From the NCBI GenBank assembly GCA_012295275.1, contig CM022679.1, forward strand, positions 4,030,001 to 4,094,000: a stretch of DNA of 64,000 nucleotides. The letters are read 5' to 3'. Position 1 is the stretch's first letter. Each line of letters starts with the position of its first letter. A program made the position numbers and the translations under genes. The DNA comes from Chrysomallon squamiferum. Its lineage: Eukaryota; Animalia; Mollusca. Below are positions 57,677 to 64,000 of this stretch, one piece after another. The notes beneath the pieces are model-generated. The model had not been told where the DNA came from and did no database searches. It saw nothing but the letters and a program-made list of their open reading frames with translations.

Positions 57677-57690
57677 GTTGTCTAGGCAAC
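57677..57690. promoter_or_regulatory. Candidate RFX X-box
   Basis: GTTGTCTAGGCAAC (reverse complement GTTGCCTAGACAAC) is a near-palindromic match to the RFX consensus GTTGCCATGGCAAC, inside a CpG-rich patch (about 57390-57860). This is a motif match only. Confidence 0.4.
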
Positions 57691-59166
57691 GACACACAAT
57701 GCACGTCGTAGGGATGAACGAATGGATGAAAAAAAGTGTTGCTGCGGCCTGCGACGGTGGATATCCTGAGGCTATGAACGTTTCCTTTCCAATTAGTTTT
57801 AGTCAGCTGGCTGCCGGTTCAAACGAGGGTTTAAGCGATTGACCAACAACGAGGCAGATAAAGTAATAGATTCACTGGAAAGTCACAGCACGTTGTTACA
57901 TACAGTGTTGATTGTTCAGATTTTCTATTTTTAGAAAAATAATAATCATCGTGATCATCATCACCGTTATAAGGACCATAACTATTATTACTATTGTTGT
58001 TGTTATTATTATTGTTGTTGTTGTTGTTGTTGTTGTTATTATTGTTGTTGTTGTTATTATTGTTGTTGTTGTTGTTAATGTAGCTATGGTTGTTGACATG
58101 TTATTATTACTACTACTACTACTACGTTTACTAACAAGCATAAGAAAGAAACGATAACGAAATCAATATTTACATACATATTAGATCATATCCTTGCTCT
58201 TTCGCCAAGAAATGTTGGTCTACAAATGAAACAGTCATTCGGGAGTATATAAAAATGCAATTAACCTTTATTTTAGTGCACCATAAATACGCTTTCAGAA
58301 TCACCGGGAAGAAGAAATTAAAGAAGGAATGCTTTATTTAATGATGCATTTAGTAAATTTATAACGAAGAAAGTTATGGATCACACAGATCAAAGATAGC
58401 AGTAAAACACACATAAGGTACATCGACGATATTATAATAAGAAAAATAAGATCTCAGCTATGACCTGTCACAGATTTTAGATATTCAATCACGTTTTATT
58501 TATATCTAAAATTTATGTGGCGTAAATGTATCATGAAAAGAAAACGAAGATCAAAGACACCGCATATTACTATCGTTCATTACTCTTCCACCAAGTGTTT
58601 ATTATATCCAAGTTCGAGAACATCATCCAATTAGCAAATTGTTCCTTTGGATCAGGTTTTCAAAGAATTTATTCCAAACACGACTGTCTTTTGGCTGCCT
58701 CCAGTTTGGGGATTATTCCGATCTGAAATACTTATTCATGACATGAGTCTGGAAGCGAATTTAACGCACAATTCACGATTCTCGTGTAAGTTTCAATCAG
58801 GTGATATCTTTACACTTAATACCTGGCTTTTTACGTTATGTATTTCTGCTTAATTGACTGTTTGATTACTTTCTTTTTGATCATTTTCTGATTAGCATAA
58901 TTAAAATGGATGATGACGTTCACTGGGTAGATCATTTTTTTTTTTTTTTTTTTTTCGTGAGTTTGTTGCTCCTTTTCTGCCTTCTGTATTCATTCACAAA
59001 CATCGTTTAAACATCGACTCTTTGTTTCGTTCCTTATTGGTTTTTTAATATTGCTTCTTGTAATATTGGCTGATAATTTTCTATTCATTTATATGGTACA
59101 ATAAAAACGACGTACATCGTATTTTGTTTTAAAATAACAACAACAATAATAATAATGAGGACGATA

Positions 59167-59288
<122 letters not shown>

Positions 59289-60608
59289 AATCCGATATGC
59301 ACAAATAAATAAATTGATAAATAAATAAACCCCAAATAAAACAAAGTTATGTAAACTAAAGTGGACTAATTCAAAACTTGAAATTTCGGCTAAAAAAAAA
59401 ATAAAAAAAAAAAAAAAAAAATCGAGAAAAAAATTACTGACAAATGTAATATTGAAAACAAAATCCTGTCTTCTTATAGAAATAATTTGACTTTAATAAC
59501 ACAGTGGAAAAGCACTGGGGAAAAAAAAGAATCACTACAGAATCGCGAACAAACATTTGCATTCTTATCAAAGAGAACTCCTTCAAATTGGGCGAAATAA
59601 AAACCGTTCAGACTGCGGTGCTCTCATTTTCTTTTAATTTGTCGAGATGCTCAAGGGAGCATGGACAAATTTCGCCGATTTGAACGAAGCAAATAGAATG
59701 AATTTGGCGGATAGCGTGTCACAAAAGTGATGCGTAAAGAAGGACTTTTCAATCAAAATCTCTTGCTATTTTACTAAGCTTAATCAACCGAAAAACGACC
59801 AAAAAGAACTGACGATTTGTCATCTAAAGCGTTTTTAAAAAACGAGAAAAATGCTCGCTTTGAATTCTCCAGCAAACACAGCGGTAAATAATTCAATCTT
59901 CTGTACAGTTATAAAAATGATCACTGATCTATTAATTGGCCTGCACATGAAATATTGAGAAACAATCTCTAAGTCTGCAGGTTAAAACTGAGCCAAGGGT
60001 TCTTTGTTTGGACTAGTCATGTCTGCTGCATGTCGGCTTTCAAAGAGTACGTTGATAACAGCGAGCTTCGTTTATTGCAATGCAATATCTATCAGATAGT
60101 AACGCGGAAAAAAATGAATATGAAAAATATTATCTTTCAGGAATTAGAAGCAATTTTATGTTGGTGAAATAAGAGGCAATGAGTTGGTCGGAAATTTCTA
60201 GATGGTCTTATCATTCAAGACGTTGATGTTTGAAGTTTGAAAAATAAAAAATAAAAACGCTTATGATAGAATTAGTTTTGTTTGATAGGTTTAATTAGTA
60301 TGAAATAAATATTTATGGTCTCGCACGATAAATATTTTAAAGCTTACAGAGACGATTTAAAAAAAATAAAAATAAATGTAGATTAAAAATACGAGTATTA
60401 AAAACAAATCATATACACACAAAAAGTAATGGAACTTCATTCTTTCTAGTATATAAATAAGAAAAAGTAGACAGAGAGATTGTCAGAGAAAAAAAAACAG
60501 ATGTGATATAGAGATAAAGAGAGTAGTTTAATGATGAAGATGAGAAAGAGTAGTGTGTTTTATAATATCTTTGGTTATTTGTTTCTTGTTACCATAACCT
60601 GATATATC

Positions 60609-60647
60609 AGAGAGAGAGAGAGAGAAGTAGAGAGAAAGAGAAAAGAG

Positions 60648-60723
<76 letters not shown>
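60609..60723. repeat. (GA)n microsatellite
   Basis: Directly visible. Confidence 0.93.
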
Positions 60724-60727
<4 letters not shown>

Positions 60728-62357
60728 GGGGAAATGAGAGAGAAATTAAATAATGAGAAATTATAAAGAAGAAGAAAAAACACTGACATTTATTAAGGAC
60801 ATTGAGTTTAAATCTGAAAAGACTTCGACACACAATTTATTTAGACACTGCCATCTTGAAGACCTTTCCAGTGTTTGTGGGCAGCAAATCTCTATTACTC
60901 GTGGCGACAATTTCGTTAAGGATTACAGTGATCCGCAGAATAACTGTTGAGAGACAGGCAATCTATGGCTTTGGCAAACGACTCGACACACTATTAAGAA
61001 ATCAGCTCTGAGGTGACACGCGGCAGGCTTAACGAGTGAGTGTCTGAAGCTGATTTATTATTTTTGAGACGAGTTTTGGATTAAACGCTAAGCCAGAATC
61101 ATCTTCCATGGACATTACCTTCGCGATCTGACCCTGTCCACGAATCCCAAGTGACACCCCGGATTACTAAGCCAACTTGGTGTACTTTCAGTCTAAGACG
61201 ACCTACATATCAGTGAACTGATTTGACTTGTTCTAATACCATCTTGTAAACTGCAGATGAACACGTAGTTTTGTTTTTCATCTAATACGTTTTCAAAACT
61301 TGCAGCTTAATGGGTTAAATTGTTGCTTGTTTTCCTGTCAAAGACGAGCACAGTACCTACAGCGCAGTGTTCTACATTGTTTGGTTTGGTTTTTAGTTTA
61401 ATACATTCTCAGTATCGTCGTCTTTAGTAGGTCAGTCTACTGCCTGTTTTTCTATCTTTTGCGCTTTGAAAAACCTTCAGCTTAATATGAAAAGTTGTTT
61501 ATTATGGTTTTGCATTTGATACATTATCAAAAACGCAGTAGATTGCCCTCATTTGTTCTGTTTTACCTCTTAATGCTTTCTATGAATCTTAAATTTAATA
61601 GGTTAAGTTGCATTGGTTTTGAGTGTAATGATTAGAGATTGGACACTGAGGGTAGGATTAATGGTGGAGTACTATGCAAGTGGTAGGGATAACAAGATGG
61701 GTACTGAAGGTAGTGATGACTGCAAGACTCTGAGGGTGGGTAGTGCATTCTGAAGAAAGGGAGTAGGCCTGTGAAGTGCAGATGAGATGTCATGATAGAG
61801 ACGACACACGGAACGGCGAGATATATTAATGAATTTATTCGGAAGGTGATGCTCACTTATTACAAAAAGGTCACCTGCCAATGAACGTCACTTTGGCCTT
61901 ATTGGTTTCCGCAAGTAAAACCGTTTTTGTCTTTGTAGCGAATCTCTCCAACTTCAATCACGCAACGTTTTCAATTTGGTTCAGTCGAGCGGCTCGTGTC
62001 TGTCCCAGCACTCGCGGCAGTTACATTTTAATCAGCCCACAAGGCCGCTCGCGTAACGCGCACAATTAAAAACACACGTACTATCTGCAGCTAGCACAGA
62101 GATAGAGCTGTCTGGGTTAATCTGTCTGGGAATCTCCCTCTGATTGTCTTGTCTTCTTTTTCTTTTTTGTTTGCTTCTCGCCACACTGTTGTTTCCTTGC
62201 ACAAATGTCTCTGCGTCTACATTTTTATTTTTACATCTGACTGGTTTTTTTTTTTTTTTTTTTTTTTATCCATACAAACATACAAACAGCTCTATCAAGT
62301 TGTCAGTCTCTCTGTTTCTCTCCTTGCATGTCTCTCAATACATACACACACACACAT

Positions 62358-62392
<35 letters not shown>

Positions 62393-62867
62393 CACACACA
62401 CACACACACACACACACTATCTCTCTCTCTTTTATATATATATATAAATATGTCTATCTCTTCATATGCATGTACTAATGTATATTTGTGTCCATGCAAA
62501 CATGTATACATACACACGTACACAAACACAGAGTGATATGTTAAAGCTGTGTATGAAGTAATTAATATTACCAGTGACAATACACTCTCCTACTCGATTC
62601 ACGTCAAGTTGGTGTTCTGTGACATGGATACATAACGCAGACGCAAAGAGAAGAGCAAACACAATTAAGTGGATTTAACATTCAGACAGCGTACAGACGT
62701 GACGATAATCAAGGACGACAACTGCTGATCTCGAAGGAAGTCGCATGTCGTTTTTAATTTAACACATTAACATGAACATTGTAGTTCCAATCGACTGTGA
62801 TAGAGCGTGCGTGAGGCACAATACCAAAGAGATACATTCAAAGAGATAGACATATATATATATATAT

Positions 62868-62898
<31 letters not shown>

Positions 62899-64000
62899 AA
62901 GAGAGTGAGAGAGGGAGATAGTGTCTGTTAAAAAAACGAAAAATTAGGCAGTTTCTAAATTATAAAGACAATAGAAAAAATAAATATACTGAACGAATCA
63001 AAATCAAATAACAACATTAAAAGTAAAAATGAAAAAGAAAAAAATTCTAACGTCTAATTCAAAACGTGTTTCTTTTTTCTTCTTGAACATATTTTTGTAT
63101 AATTAATTAATCATTCTTCAGTTTACTTCCACTTTCTATCTAAATCAAGATAGTAATAGATCAACATCGAGCTATCACATTTCATCATGTTTTACGACAA
63201 ACGATAAACAAATCTGGAAGCGAGAGTTCAGCCGAATGACACATTAGCAAAGCTTGTTATTATTCGCTTGTTTATTGACTGATCACAGAGTGGCCGCAGG
63301 TTCCCGCTTGTCCGGCAACACTGAATTGAAGAGACTATTTTCCGTGATTAATTTAAATCAGGCGAAACCGTGAGATGATTGTAGCTTTCATAATTATTCA
63401 AATCGTGACGCGCATGCGAGTTAGCGTTATTGCCTTAAAATGGCGAACCGGTTGTGGATAAGTAGGAAAGTAAATTGCGACATTATTTCCAACATGTAGT
63501 CACAAATGGGGCAATTAATTTGTGCTTACTGTCGGTGATTCGTGAAAAAAAAAAAAAATCATTTCTCAACGATTATTTTGGATGCGGCGTAAAGAATGAA
63601 AAAAAAGAAAGAAAGCGAAATGACAGTGCGTCTCTATACTTGACCGATCAGCTAATGTCCATTTCGCTTCTTGATATTAGATAAAACGATATTAGCACGG
63701 CCAGTCTACCATAAACCAGTCTAATTAAAATGGCGTAGTAAACAGAATGATGTGAGAGTGTGGTCAAGCGTTCACGACTGGTCACATTTGTATACAAATA
63801 CTGTAACTAATTGAGAATGGAAACCATAAAAGAGCTACTATGAGATTTTGTAAACAGAATCCACTTTCTTTACTCTGCAATATCAAACACTGCGGTATAG
63901 TGCTTTGCTATTTCTGAAAATTTGCAGTATATAAGATCGTTTTCAGTTAATCCATGAATAGCTCATAAAGTAACAGCAAAATATTTTCTCATTCAAAACA

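Overview
Eukaryotic, AT-rich, microsatellite-dense genomic DNA. An invertebrate origin is very likely, and the receptor type suggests a mollusc (inference). Three protein-coding loci are supported. (1) An intronless rhodopsin-class GPCR (20057-21010, +). (2) A complete 17-exon IFT56/TTC26 gene (25844-35551, -, 555 aa), reconstructed by hand with all GT-AG junctions in phase. (3) The 3' part of a Cys-loop nicotinic acetylcholine receptor alpha-type subunit (49133-56797, -; the 5' exons were not found and probably lie beyond the window) carrying the Pro(-2')-Ala(-1') anion-selectivity signature. The most striking observation is that the pore-lining M2 exon of this receptor is tandemly duplicated. 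There are two intact 87-nt exons with 16 synonymous versus 3 non-synonymous codon differences, which points to mutually exclusive splicing of the channel pore. Upstream of them lies a ladder of AG|GTATGAAC 'echo' sites at 65-72 nt spacing that resemble recursive splice points. A similar splice-acceptor echo array sits in front of IFT56 exon 16, and a 19-nt element just after the IFT56 stop codon is complementary to it. Also present are a TTAA-flanked piggyBac-type MITE, a 22-bp minisatellite with higher-order structure and many simple repeats. Nearly all other ORFs in the track are microsatellite artefacts.
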